NCBI RefSeq assembly: GCF_006345805.1
Contig: NC_042999.1
Coordinates: forward strand, 154,256,001 to 154,320,000
Length of the DNA stretch: 64,000 bases
Reading direction: 5' to 3'
From: Octopus sinensis
Lineage: Eukaryota
The position numbers were made by a program, and so were the translations under genes. The first letter of the stretch is position 1, and each line of letters opens with the position of its first letter. A model generated the notes under the pieces. It was not told the DNA's origin. It worked only from the letters and a program-made list of their open reading frames with translations, and made no database searches. Positions 1 to 12,779 of this stretch are shown here, in pieces.

Positions 1-311
1 ACAGGAGTCAACACATCAATAGCATATTTTATTTAACCCACAATGAGGATTCTGTCTTGTGCATGTGTATATAAACAGAGAGAGAGAGGAAGAGAGAGGG
101 AGAAAGAGAGAGATCTCCCATATGCTCCACAGTTAAAGATGAGCATATTCTCCCTCTTAAATCATCTTTAAACATGGATACTTCTGCCCTTCCTCCCCTC
201 TTAATCCTCGCCCAAATAGAACAACATTACTATATGGCTACTTACCCCTCAACCATTTTTGTTTTTCCTCTCATCCACTCTTCCTCTTCCCACTATGCTT
301 TTCCCATTTTC

Positions 312-336
312 CTGATGAAGGGCTAATGTCCAAAAC
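312..336 (+). ncRNA. Decayed minimal hammerhead motif
   Basis: CTGATGA-AGGGC-TAAT-GTCC-AAAAC; CGAAAC has decayed to CAAAAC, consistent with CpG deamination. Confidence 0.3.
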
Positions 337-519
337 ATTAAAGCTTTTCCTCATTACTATTAAGCATTAAGGTAATACAGTATTTGTTAAAACTTGTCCT
401 TCCAGTTCTGTCTTTTTGCTTTTATTGTTCATTGTGTTTAAATAGTTAGATAGATACACTCAGTGTTTGCGTACAATAGACAGTTTTTATGCACCAATAG
501 ATGTTAACACAATTCTTAC

Positions 520-594
520 ACATTGCTAATGTCAATATATAAACAGTTGTAAGTCATGGAAACTCCATTGTTGATCAGTTCATAGTAAGAAATA
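520..594 (-). CDS. Candidate internal 75-nt exon (phase 2-2; ISYYELINNGVSMTYNCLYIDISN) of the left gene
   Basis: Donor GT|GTAAGA; weak acceptor ...AAATAG; only one frame open; lies in the CpG-depleted left domain. Confidence 0.3.
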
Positions 595-617
595 CTATTT
601 TATAGAGTGAACTCTTT

Positions 618-942
618 GAAGACGCATGGCTTGGTGGTTAGGGTAGTTGGTTTACGAACATGAGGTCAGGAGATCAATTCCTGGTAGTACATTATGCCCT
701 TGAGCAAGACATTTTATTTCACATTGCTTCAGTATACTCAGCCAGCAGAAATGTGATGTACCTGTAATACTATAGGGACCAGCCCTGTGGTATTCTGTGT
801 CATGCTGAATCTCTCCGAGAACTACGTTAAAGTTATGCATGTCTGTGGCGTGCTCAGCCACTTGCACGTTAATTTTATGAGTAAGCTGTTCTGTTGGTCA
901 GATCAACTGGAACACTAGTCATCATATTGAGCAGAATGCCAA
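618..942 (+). mobile_element. SINE family C (tRNA-derived head), CpG-decayed copy
   Basis: Head TGGCTTGGTGGTTAGG (A-box like); body matches copies at 16364, 33817, 34392 and 37120. Confidence 0.8.
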
Positions 943-949
943 AAGTAAA

Positions 950-2075
950 TCATCATCATCGTTTAACATCCGCTTTCCATGTTAGCATGGGTTGGACAAT
1001 TTGACTGAGGACTGGCGAACCAGAAGACTGCACCAGACTCCATTTTGATCTGGCAGAGTTTCTACAGCTGGATGCCCTTCCTAACGCCAACCACTCCGAG
1101 AGTGTAGTGGGTGCTTTTACGTGCCACCGGCATGAGGGCCAGTCAGGCGGTACTGGCAACGACCATGCTCAAATGGTGCTTTTTATGTGCCACCTGCACA
1201 GGAGCCAGTAAGGCGACGCAGGTAATGATCACACTCGAATGGTGTTTTTTTACATGCCACTGGCACGGAGGCCAGCTTGTTGCTCTGGCAACGATCACAC
1301 TCGTATGGTACTCTTAGCGCTCCACTAGCACAGATGCCAGTTATAAAATTTATTAATATTGATTTAACTGGGACTAATCACTCTTTCATGCTGGCATGGG
1401 ACTGGACAGTTCAACAGGAGCCAACAAGCCAGACGACTGCATCAAGCTCCGAGACATCTGGCTGAAGGAGCCATGCCAAAACATGGCTCCTACAGCTAGA
1501 TGCCCTTCCCAATGCCAGCCACTTTGCAAAGTGCACTAGCTGCTTTTTACATGGCACTAAAAGTCATCATCATCATTGTTTAACATCTGATTTCCATGCT
1601 GTCATGGGTTGGATGGTTTGACTGAGGTCTAGAAAGCCAGCGGCTGCCCCAGGCACCAATCTGATCTGGCAATGTTTCTACAACTGGGTGTCCTTCCTAA
1701 TGCCAACCACCCCAAGAGTGTAGTGGATGCTTTTTACATGCCATCAGCACAGCAGCCAGTCAGGTGGGCCTGGCATCAGCCACGGTCAGATAGTGCTTTT
1801 TATGTGTCGCTGGCATGGGAGCCAGTAGGCAGCCCTAGCATTGATCAAGTTTGGATAGTGCTTTTTACATGCCACCAACACGGGAGCCATTCAGGTGGCC
1901 CTGGCATCGATCATGTTTGGATAGTGCTTTTTATGTGCCATTGGCACGGGAGCCAGTCAGGGAGCACTGGCCACGACCATGTTTGGATTATGGTTTTCAT
2001 GTGTCACTGGCACAGGAGCCAGTCAGGTGGCACTGGTATCGACCACATTCGAATGGTGAGTTTCAAATGTTGACA
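950..2075 (-). mobile_element. Cluster of family D retroposon ends ((GAT)n tail, RTE-like) with internal ~66-bp tandem repeats
   Basis: Copies begin (CAT)n-GTTTAACATC at about 950 and 1565 on the plus strand; conserved GGATGCCCTTCCTAACGCCAACC; repeat units at 1791, 1856, 1922 and 1988. Same family at 55770-55865 and 63000-63275. Confidence 0.7.
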
Positions 2076-2264
2076 CAAGGTCAGCATTTTGGAGGAAAAG
2101 AGTAACTATGTCACTCAAAAGATGAAAGGTAAACTCAACCTTAGCAGAACCTGAAGTCTGAATGTGGAAAATAGGACAAAGTGTCACTAAGCATTTTGTC
2201 CAACAAGTTAAGGATTTTGACAGTTCCCACCGTAATAATGCTTCACATTTTTATTTTCTTTTAT

Positions 2265-2553
2265 TGTTTTACTATCAGTCTCTTTTGCCAAACAGCAAAG
2301 TTACGGGGATGTAAACACACCAGCACTAGTTGCCAAGCAGTGGGAGGGGGGAACAAAGACATGCACACACAGATATACATATATACGACAGGCTTCTTTC
2401 AGTTTCCGTCTACCAAATCCACTCATGGTTTTGGTCAGCCCGAGGCTATAGTAGCAGATACTTGCCCAAGATACTTGTCATGCAGTGAGATTGAACCTAA
2501 GATCATGTGGTTGGGAACTAAGCTTCGTACCACACAACCACTCCTGCGTCTAT
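2265..2553 (-). mobile_element. SINE family A (tRNA-like head, internal (TA)n(TG)n), CpG-decayed
   Basis: Reverse complement of the A consensus seen at 10963, 30437 and 56638. Confidence 0.85.
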
Positions 2554-2573
2554 AATAATAATTATAATAATAA

Positions 2574-3012
2574 TCTTTCTACTCTAGGCACAAGGCCTGA
2601 AATTTGTGGGGAGGGAGTCAGTCGCTTAGATCGACCCCAGCACGCAACTGGTATTTAAGGCGGCGAGCTGGCAGAAACGTTAGCGCGCCGGGCGAAATGC
2701 GTAGCCGTATTTCGTCTGCCGTTACGTTCTCAGTTCAAATTCCGCCGAGGTCGACTTTGCCTTTCATCCTTTCGGGGGTCGATAAATTAAGTACCAGTTA
2801 CGCACTGGGGATCGATGTAATCGACTTAATACCCTATGTCTGTCCTTGTTTGTCCCCTCTGTACTACCCTTGTGGGTAGTAAAGAAATAGGTATTTAATT
2901 TATCGACCCCGAAGGGATGAAAACCAAACTCGACCTCAGCGGAATTTGACCTCAGAACGTAAAGTCAGACGAAATACAGCGTGCTAACGATTCTGCCAGC
3001 TCACCGCCTTAT
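2574..3012 (-). mobile_element. SINE family B copy interrupted by a nested, oppositely oriented SINE B (2659-2889)
   Basis: Insert flanked by a 9-bp direct repeat GGTATTTAA at 2650-2658 and 2890-2898; A-box TGGCAGAAACGTTAG and B-box GAGTTCAAATTCC-like motifs. Confidence 0.85.
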
Positions 3013-4152
3013 TAATAATAACAAATTTTTATCATAAAAGTGAGTAAAATTCGTTTATTACTCCAGTTACGAAGCATGCAACGTAACATAAATCACAATA
3101 TGGTATATTCATAAAACTATTGTTTGTTTACTGTTACAGATGTAAGCTTTCGGGATTTAAACTGGAGTAAAAAATGAGATTGTGTAACATTCATGCTTTT
3201 CTCTATGACTTACGTTCACGAGAAGAAGCACTTCACTTACACAACATACTGTCTGTCTCCCACACCCCATCAAACACATACACACACACACACATGTACA
3301 TCAATGCTTGCCATGCACGGTAACTTCAAAAGAACTTCCCACGTCATAAAATCGCTTTCTCTTAGTCTCTTTCGCTCTCATTACTTCAAAAGTTCCCGCA
3401 AGCCCATATGTAAAAAAAAAAAAAATTTTTTTTACGGAAATCGACGGAAAGGTCTACTAGAGACGAAAGATCGCCGAAGAATTTGAAAATTAGTGAAACT
3501 GGAAACTGGATCTCAGAATCTATACACAATTACGTTGTATTTATGTTTTGTATGTAGGTGTGTATATACGTGTTAGGTACGTATGTGCCCGTGTATCGAT
3601 GCGTATGTTTGTGTGTAGGTGCGTAGATTTACAGATTCTTACATATCTCCAGTATGTGGTGCGCGTGTGTGTGACGTGATGGCAAGTGTCAAACATTAAC
3701 ACAGATGTTACACACGCACACTTTCTTTTTCCCTCTCTCGCTCTCCCACACACTTTCTCCCTCTCACTCTCCCCTACACACACTTTCTCCCTCTCACTCT
3801 CCCCTACACACACACACACTTTCTCTCTGAAAACTAGTAATACGTTGTCACATAAAACAAACGCAAATGAAACGGCCTCTACGTGGTCACTTCATCTGCT
3901 AGAAACGATAGTCACACCCCCTTAAGTCTTAAATTAAGGACACGCTGGGTAATACAGCCTTTGATGTACAAGAAGGGGTGGTCACGATCGGAGAAGAACG
4001 GGGGGGGGGCTAAAAAAAAACAATGTAAAAAAAAACTTCCTTAACATTTAAAATTCCTACGATGTCCACACAGACAAAAAACAAAACAGACCCGGAGGAA
4101 AACTATACAGGGGCTACTATATACCCCAACTTCAGGCAAAATGACAAATAAT

Positions 4153-4490
4153 AGCACCTTGGGCAAGTGTTTTCTACTATAGCCTCGGGCCGACCAAAGC
4201 CTTGTGAGTGGATTTGGTAGACGGAAACTGAAAGAAGCCTGTCGTATATATGTATGTATATGTATTTGTGTGTCTGTGTTTGTTCCCCCCAACATCGCTT
4301 GACAACCAATGCTGGTGTGTTTATGTCCCCGTCACTTAGCGGGTTCGGCAAAAGAGACCGATAGAATAAGTGTACTGGGCTTACAAAAGAATAAGTCCTG
4401 GGGTCGATTTGCTCGACTAAAGGCGGTGCTCCAGCATGGCCGCAGTCAAATGACTGAAACAAGAAAAGAAAAGAAAAGAAAAAAAAAAAG
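4153..4490 (+). mobile_element. SINE family A, 5' truncated
   Basis: GCACCTTGGGCAAGTG...GACTGAAACAAG followed by a (AAAAG)n tail. Confidence 0.85.
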
Positions 4491-5733
4491 ATATAACGAA
4501 GGATCTTCTAGGGGGTCACTCGATATACTAGAAATAGCGAAATAGCAGTCAAACCGCACCTTCTCGCGAAATGTTGCGGGCCTTGTGCCAATATTCGAAA
4601 CCATTATTATTAATATTAGTAACTTCTCTACACGTCTTGGCGTACGTAACCTCATATCATATCGTATTTATGTCCTCGATCTACTTGTAAAACATAAAAG
4701 AAACTACACTCCTTTCCCTTTCTTTAGCCTAAATTTTTTTTTTATGCTAACCCCACCAAGCTGTCCTCGTAACGTGCCCCCTCTCCCGACGCCCAGTGGC
4801 AAATAAAAAGCATTCATCATTATTATCATTGCTGGTTTGGAGTCCTATATAAGTTGTGTGATGTAAACACGAAGACAGAAGAGATAAAATATTATTATGA
4901 ATAGTAGCGCAAGCAGAGATGTTATTTTTTTTTAAATCACCACAACGTGTTTTATCACACTGGAACACGGTTGTGTGTGTGTATAAATATATATAGTTTG
5001 TGTGTGTGTGAAACCTGCAATCTCAACACTTGTGGATTCGACATATCTTTGACACCGATTTTTTCCTTCTTTCTCTCTCTCTCTCTCTCACACATCTATA
5101 TACATAGCTAAACAGACATATATGGATATGAACAGATAACACACATACTAATACTACAAATACATGTGTGTGTAATATGCATAGAAGACCGAAGTTCAAC
5201 TGGGTACTCAACACACGTGTTGGATAGAGTGGATGTTTAACCGTGAGTAAAAAGGACTCAAGGAGACCTCGTTCCGTATCAACAGGTCCAGCAATAACGA
5301 TAGGGCTCGTATATATATAAGAGGGCGAGTCCTGCATTTATTACGTTGGACCTACAGATATGCGAGTGTGCTTAAATAAGGTTTTTACTTTAAAAGCGAG
5401 TTAAAGAACAGAATATTTACACTGATGGAGTGATTTATACACTGAATGAGTAAAGTTGTGAAGATCTGAGTTGACTGGGACTTCGCTACATGTGTGTGTG
5501 TGTGTGTGTGTGTACATACACATTAACTCCCACTCTCTCTCTCTCACACACACACGATTACGTAAGTACACATATACACGCATAACTAGACATATATGGA
5601 GATGGACACACACATACACATGATGATATAATGAACACACACTACACCATATACAAAGTACTACTATCTTCCATATTTCGTTCATAAACTATAATACTTG
5701 GAAATATAAACTGTGTGTGTGTGTGTGTGTATG

Positions 5734-5765
<32 letters not shown>

Positions 5766-6699
5766 TACATAATGTTCTGTCCCAATGTGCGTACACACAC
5801 ATTTTCATGTCGAGTTATTAATCTGTTCAACAACTCGATAGGTTTTTTTTTTTTTTTTTTTGTAGAGTATAGTTTTAGATGAAGAGGGAGGAGGTGTTGA
5901 CAGGGACTTCGAAGTTTCGGCCTGTTAGCCTTGAGAAAGAGAAATACTTTCCCGAAGTAGTGAAGTCTTCCACTAATTTGTGAATGCCCTTGTCCCAGCC
6001 AACAAGCACATCCCATACATATATAAAAAAAAAAAGAGATCACTCAAATCCTCTAGTACACACAACATATCTAACACGACGTGTGTGAGAATGTATACAC
6101 GCATTTATACACACGCAGATGTATTACAGTAGCTTATAACTTCTTTATAGAATATCATAAATAAACTACGAGTAAATAAGTATGTATTTGGATTATATAA
6201 GACCACTAACATCGCTTATAGGATACATACATACGTGTACGCACCAGACAGATTGATAGAGAGAGATGATAGGGAGATGATAAAGAGATATGATACAGAG
6301 AGATGGTAATGAAAGATGATATGTATGTATGTATGCATGTATGCACACCATGAGCTGCTATTTGTTCGACCTTTCCTGTATAAATTAACTGTATTTAAAA
6401 GTACCAACATACACATTACACATACCATACACATGTATGTATTAACACGTAACATGCGCACACAACGTCGATAGATGTTTATCAGTTACAAGGGCAACCC
6501 AAATACCAACTAAAATGCTTCGGCAAAAAATAAACACGAGGTCCCGGACGTACTTCTGAAGTGTTTCAGCTACATATTGTACATACACAGGCACACAATG
6601 AATGGATTCGGTCGGTACAATAGCTACGATATATATATATATAACATGATGAACAATCAGTGCATAATAATTTTTCTTATTTAGGCATAAGTTTGAAAG

Positions 6700-7150
6700 G
6701 AAATTAGTCGCCAATGCTATCGATCTCAGTACTTGACAGATCCTTTATTTAATCGATGTTTGAAAAGATGAAAGGCAAAAGTTGACCTCGGAGGAATTTG
6801 AACACAACGAGAAGAGCAGGAAGAAATACCGGAACAATGAGAATTTCTTTTACTTTGCCACAGAGGTATCAGATAAGAGGGGCATTCAAGGACAACTTAG
6901 AATTATTTCGTGTGGAAAATTTATATAAAAATATGAGAGAAAAAAAAGGGAAGCAGATAAGAGAATAACTTAAAAATTTCGCACACAGCTAAGTTTTGAA
7001 CGGAGGAGGGGAAAGTCGATAATATCAACCCTGATACTTATTGACCCTGAACAGATGAAAGTCGACCTCAGCAGAATTTGAGCTCAGAACACGAAGAGAA
7101 CAAAATGTTAATCGTATCGTCCGGTGTGCATACGATTCTGACAGCTCGCA
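6700..7150 (-). mobile_element. Two diverged SINE B fragments
   Basis: GATGAAAGGCAAAA-GTTGACCTCGG-GGAATTTGAAC motifs at about 6770 and 7060. Confidence 0.65.
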
Positions 7151-8303
7151 GCCCCTAACAAGAAGGGAATAATAATAATAATAATTTCCTTTATTTGACA
7201 CAGGGGTATCTGATAAAGAGGGTACGAGACCTCAAATTTGGAATCTACAGAACTGACTATGCAGAGTCAATACTTGACAGCTTTTGTTTTTTATCGATTT
7301 TCAACAAAACCCTTCCCGCTCGCCAGCCAGCCACCCAGTGTTTGACCCGGTTGGATGATGGTGCAAAGTCGTCCACAGCAATAACATGTAAACGTGTGCG
7401 ACAACATTGCACAGCTGGAATTTGTCCGACGCTCTACCTCTCTTTCCAATCGACACCTTCATGTCCCCCGCCTTCATCAACCTGGCCCTTCATCATAAAC
7501 TATCAGCTTATTTTTGGACTTCTGTTCTTTACCAATTTCATTTTATCTATTTTCTAACTTTTCACAAATCTTAACTCTTTATCTGTGCAACATGTAATAT
7601 AAAGGAAATATTTCCCATGCATCTCAATTTTTTTCAACCACCAGATTAACTTTATATCACTTAGAACGTATAACACAAGTGCTAAAAGTCTTAAAATAAA
7701 GATGAACGTTTTAGAGAAACTTATGAAAATGCTTTATAAAAAAAAACAAGGTGTTTAATGGCTTGGGGTGATAGAAAACGCTAAAATACAGAACGAACAT
7801 GCCTTCCCGTATTTAACTACAACCACTTAAGATGTATGTTCAAATCCCTCCAAGGTTAACTTTATCTTTCGTCCTTTCGGGGTTTGATAAAATGTCAGTA
7901 AAAGTACTAGGGTCAAAGGCATCGACGTATGCCTCATCTCAAAATTATTGGATCTGTGCCTATAAATACTACGAAACGTAACTACAGGGTGGCGAATCGC
8001 GTGAGCATAGGACCGAAACCCGTGGAGGGGGTATTGCTTCTAGTGTTTACGATCCGATTTCAAATACTGCCGAGGACAACTATGCTTTTTATACTTTCTG
8101 GATCGATGAAATAAAGTAGGAGTTAAATATTAAGGTCGGTGGTAACCGCTAACCAATTCTTGTAAAAACAATCTGGTGTTCGTTAGAAAAACAACTGTTA
8201 CAATCACCAACTACAAGAAAGTTGATTTGCCCTACAGACAATTGAAATGCAAACCATGTAAATACACAAGCGGGGAAACAAGAATTTGGTGTGTGTGCGT
8301 GTG

Positions 8304-8367
<64 letters not shown>

Positions 8368-9560
8368 ACATACAGTTATAATGGGTCCGTGAACGGTACC
8401 CGCTAAACAACCTGTTCAACTTAAATACGTAACCTTACAAGTAACCCTTTAACACAAAGAGAATATAAAAGGTTCTGAGAGTAAAGTACTAAGACGAGAG
8501 AGAAAGAGAGAAGGTTGTAGTTATGTTCATTATATAATGACGAATACATTCACATATATATATATATATACACGTGTGTGTGCATACATGTGTATACACA
8601 AATATATATATATCTCCATATACACCTATATAACTATACATACATATACACATTTATTATTGTCTCCCTCACCTGTCTGGAGTTTTTTCTTTAATTTAGA
8701 ACCATAAATGTGAGTTAAAGAATTTTCTGTCACGTATCTATACACATACATCCATGTATAAATACATTGTTGTATACATACACGTACCTGTATAAATAAA
8801 TTATACATACACATATGTACGCAAATACATACACACACACATGCTATACACGCAGGCAGTCATACACACGAATGTAGAAAATTAAAAAAAAATTTCTCCG
8901 TGCACTTTTATGTCCAACTCTATTAATTACCCCACATTTCTTGTTCAGTAAAATTAGGTACGCATATTTCGACATAAATATTTCATAATTCACACAAGCA
9001 AAAGTTACCATGTGTCTTTATCATGTTCCTATAATGATTTCCGTTTGAAATTTAGTTTAGCGAGATTTATGTATTAAATAACATTAAAAAAAACATCATA
9101 AGGTATAAATTAATGATAAATGTCCCGGCTCAGGCATTTAAAATATGCGAATGAATTAAAAAGTTTCCTTCGTGAAATGACGTTTTGTTCTGTCACGATT
9201 TTAATTACTAAGTAGTCAGTTAATTAAAACTACATGCCTTGTTTTTCGGCTTCTTTGTTGTTTTTTTTCTTTTTTTCTTTTGTCCCACTTTTTTTACAAT
9301 TATATGCACGTACAGAAATATATATACACGTGTATAATACATAATATATGTGTATATATAAAATACAAATATGATTATATATATATATATATACATTTTA
9401 TAAGACTTTTACCAATATATAAAAACATTTACATACACGTTTTGTTACATACATAACACATATATACTTTATTACGTACACAATATACATTTTATTAGAC
9501 ATAAACACACACACATTTTATTACACATATATATATACATATATACACATTCAATTACAT

Positions 9561-9610
<50 letters not shown>

Positions 9611-9676
9611 TCCATACACACTTGTTCGTATGTGTGCTTTTTCTAAGCAAAAATTCAGTAAGTGTATTCTTCTTAC

Positions 9677-9781
9677 CCTGTTAGCACGATCAGTTTCTGA
9701 ATGCTTCAGACCAAAATTAAGAACTTTAGAATGTTGTGATACAATGCCAAGAGGCTCAATTTCCACGCCCGGCTCCGACAT
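9677..9781 (-). CDS. Candidate first coding exon of an unidentified host gene (MSEPGVEIEPLGIVSQHSKVLNFGLKHSETDRANR)
   Basis: Unique, non-repetitive sequence; AAAATG start context; 35 codons ending exactly at a strong donor AGG|GTAAGA (phase 0); GTCACGTGAC 20 nt upstream. Protein not recognised. Confidence 0.55.
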
Positions 9782-9800
9782 TTTCGGAGTCCGATGTTAA

Positions 9801-9810
9801 GTCACGTGAC
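9801..9810. promoter_or_regulatory. Palindromic E-box GTCACGTGAC (USF/TFE/CLEAR-type) just upstream of the candidate ATG
   Basis: Exact 10-bp palindrome in a CpG-containing unique segment. The same core also occurs by chance in repeats elsewhere (about 17779 and 36693). Confidence 0.4.
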
Positions 9811-9859
9811 AATCAGTCCTGTTCGAACAACGAATGTTTTTACTCTCAGATGAGTGAAA

Positions 9860-10550
9860 GCGAAATAGAGGGAGTGATAAAAAAGTCAGAGAGAAACTAT
9901 AATGTGAGAGTGAGGGTGAAAAATAGATAGTCGTGGTGTGACGAGGTAGGGGCGAGGGAGAATAGAAAGTAATGATTGAAGAGTGAGAGTGTAAGATACT
10001 GTTAGAAAGGCTATGAGAAAAGAGAGAGGGAGAATTTAGAGAAAGTAAAGTGTGAGCGTATAAAATACTGATAGAAAGACAGAGGTGAGTGAAAAGGGGG
10101 AAATTAAGAGGAAGTAAAAACTAGAGAGTGAGAGTGTGAGATAAAAGACAGAAAGATAAAGAAAATAGTGAGGGGAATAGTGAAAGCGTGGTACTGATAA
10201 ACAGATACATAGAGAGGGGAAAAATTAAAAAGTAAAAGTATACGAATGAGAGTGTGGTACACAGTTAGAAAGACTGATGAAACAGAGGAGGGAGATTGAG
10301 AGAAGGAAAAATGAATAAAGAGTGTGATACACCGAGAAAAAAGCTAACAAAACAGAGAAGGAGAATGAGAGCAAAGAAAAGAAAGAGTAAAAGCATGGTA
10401 GACAGATAGAAAGACTATAATAAAACAGTGGATGAGGGAAAGGGAAAAGAAAGAGTAAACGTATAGTATACAACTAGAAAGACTAATAAAACAGAAGGAG
10501 GGTGATAGAAAGAAAGAGAAAAACGAGGGTAAAAGTGATAGCACGATAAA
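9860..10550 (+). repeat. Long purine-rich (GA/GAAA) low-complexity tract
   Basis: Strongly A/G-biased on the plus strand for about 700 bp upstream of the candidate promoter. Confidence 0.8.
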
Positions 10551-10962
10551 GAGAAGGTCCGAAAGCCGGTTACTTCCACCTAGTTTTCAAACTTTTCACC
10601 AGGTTGTGCCACGATCTATTGCAATTTTTGCAATTTTCTATTCTTGCTATTAATCTATCTTAATAAATACTTCAGTCCTGGATGCAGAACGCCTTTGGTA
10701 GAAACTATTCCAGCTGTACCAACATTCTAAAATTTCGTCCCTACCCATTTCTGCCGCAGTCCACCTCTGTCAACATCGTCAATCTTATCGGGATTGACGG
10801 CCACTCAAAGACTATAAGGCACCTCCTTTTCCAGACCAAACTTTTTAAAAGTATTGACTTGGTTACCTGTCAAGTGACAGGTTTTGACCAAGTTACCTGT
10901 CGTGTGACAGTCAACTTTGGAAGTACACTTTTACTGTCATTTTTTTTTTATATAGGAGTGGC

Positions 10963-11110
10963 TGTGTGGTAAGTGGCTTGCTTACCAACCACATGGTTCC
11001 GGGTTCAGTCCCACTGCGTGGCACCTTGGGTAAGTGTCTTCTACTATAGCCTCGGGCCGACCAAAGCCTTGTGAGTAGATTTGGTAGACGGAAACTGAAA
11101 GAAGCCCGTC

Positions 11111-11158
<48 letters not shown>

Positions 11159-11370
11159 TTGTGTGCCTGTGTTTGTCCCCACAACATCGCTTGACAACCG
11201 ATGCTGGAGTGTTTACGCCCCCGTAACTTAGCGGTTCGGCAAAAAGATACCGATAGAAAAAGTACTAGGCTTACAAAGCATAAGTCCTGGGGTCGATTTT
11301 CTCGACTAAAGGCGGTGCTCCAGCATGGCCACAGTCAAAATGACTGAAACAAGTAAAAGAGAGAGAGAGT
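10963..11370 (+). mobile_element. SINE family A, near full length
   Basis: GGAGTGGCTGTGTGGTAAG head, GGGTTCAGTCCC B-box, internal (TA)n, tail GACTGAAACAAGTAAAAGAG. Confidence 0.9.
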
Positions 11371-11382
11371 AATAATATAATT

Positions 11383-11590
11383 TATCTTTTACTTGTTTCA
11401 GTCATAAGACTATGGCCATGCTGGATCACCGCCTTTGAAGAATTTTTAGTCGAATAAATCGACTTCAGGACTTCTTTTTTCTTTAAATACTGGTACTTAT
11501 TCTATCGGTTTAGTTTGCCGAATCGTTAAGTTACAGGTACGCAAACACATCAACAGTCAAGCGATAAAGGTGGACAAGTACACACACGTA
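11383..11590 (-). mobile_element. SINE family A 3' half, tail-to-tail with the preceding copy
   Basis: TTTTACTTGTTTCAGTCA...GCCATGCTGGATCACC is the reverse complement of the A tail. Confidence 0.8.
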
Positions 11591-11868
11591 TATGTATTCA
11601 TATTCAAAGGAAAGAAGCCTGTCATGTATATATATGTATGTATGTACGTACGTATGTATGTATGTATGTATGTATGTATGTATGTATGTATGTATGTATG
11701 TATGTGTGTGTGTGTATGGCTTTATTCAGTCTTATTTCAAGATTTCTAGCCAACAGAGAAAGAACCGGTTTCTAGCCTAGATCCAAGGTTCCTTCATTGC
11801 AATTTCAACATCAACAACAGGGTATTTTTGTATGTATGTATGTATGTATGTATGTATCTATGTATGTA

Positions 11869-12054
11869 GGGAGAGTTTACGAAAAAAACAAAAGACGAAG
11901 ACAGGTGGTGTACAAAACAAACAGATGTATTAGTATAACGCTCGGGAATAGAAAAAGTCTTTTACGTTTCGAGCCTAAGCTCTTCTACAGAAAGGGACAC
12001 AGAAAAAACAAGGAGAGAAAAAAATGTGTGTAGTGGCTAACGATCTATCATGGC
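11869..12054 (-). mobile_element. Short non-autonomous Penelope-type element with hammerhead-like motif (copy 1)
   Basis: Inverted near-identical partner at 12589-12780 with the same boundaries. Confidence 0.65.
11959..11994 (-). ncRNA. Minimal hammerhead-like motif with variant core CUGUAGA
   Basis: CUUU-CUGUAGA-A-GAGC(UUAG)GCUC-GAAA-CG-UA^AAAG. Palindromic ACGU helix III, typical of dimeric Penelope-type minimal hammerheads. Confidence 0.5.
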
Positions 12055-12077
12055 GACTATGTATGTATGTATGTATA

Positions 12078-12270
12078 TCAAGTTGTTGGATCAGGTAATG
12101 AAGGTCACGGAGAGGGTCATAGCACAACTAATTAGGGACAGAGTCAGTTTATATGAGATGCAGTTTAGGTTCGTGCCAGGGAAAAGCACCACTGATGCTA
12201 TATTTCTGGTAAGACAGCTCCAGGAGAAATACCTAGCCAAAGATAAACCTCTGTACCTGGCTTTCGTTGA
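12078..12270 (+). pseudogene. RTE-clade LINE reverse transcriptase fragment
   Basis: IKLLDQVMKVTERVIAQLIRDRV...QFRFVPGKSTTDAIFLVRQLQEKY...LYLAFVD matches RT domains 1-2. Confidence 0.9.
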
Positions 12271-12355
12271 CATCGACCCCAATACGCAACTGGTACTTAA
12301 TTTATCGACTCCGATTTATCGAATCATATCTAAGTTTATATACATATATAAATAA

Positions 12356-12398
<43 letters not shown>

Positions 12399-12588
12399 CA
12401 AATAAGAAAATGGAGGAACAAATTCATTTCAATCATCAACTTACAGATATTACCATTTCATATTATTTATTAACTATATAAATCGAACAAAACAATATAC
12501 ATCAATATGCAAATTAATACCATAATAATAATACACATAAAATAGTCCTTACAGCTGTTTCAGCCTCTGGATAAAAGTATCACATTCT

Positions 12589-12779
12589 GCCATGATAGTT
12601 CGTTAGCCACTACACACATTTCTTTCTGTCCTTGTTTCTCTCCTTGTTTTTTCTGTGTCCCTTTCTGTAGAAGAGCGTAGGCTCGAAACGTAGAAGACTT
12701 TTTCTATTCCAGAGCGTTAATACATCTGTTTTTGTACACCACCTGTCTTCGTCTTTTGTTTTTTTTTCGTAAACTCTCC

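Noticed and set aside
1672-2073. ORF with 22-aa His/Trp/Cys repeats suggesting a metal-binding protein
   Set aside because: It is the 66-bp internal repeat of family D; other copies (1111-1317, 63170-63270) are not in a conserved frame.
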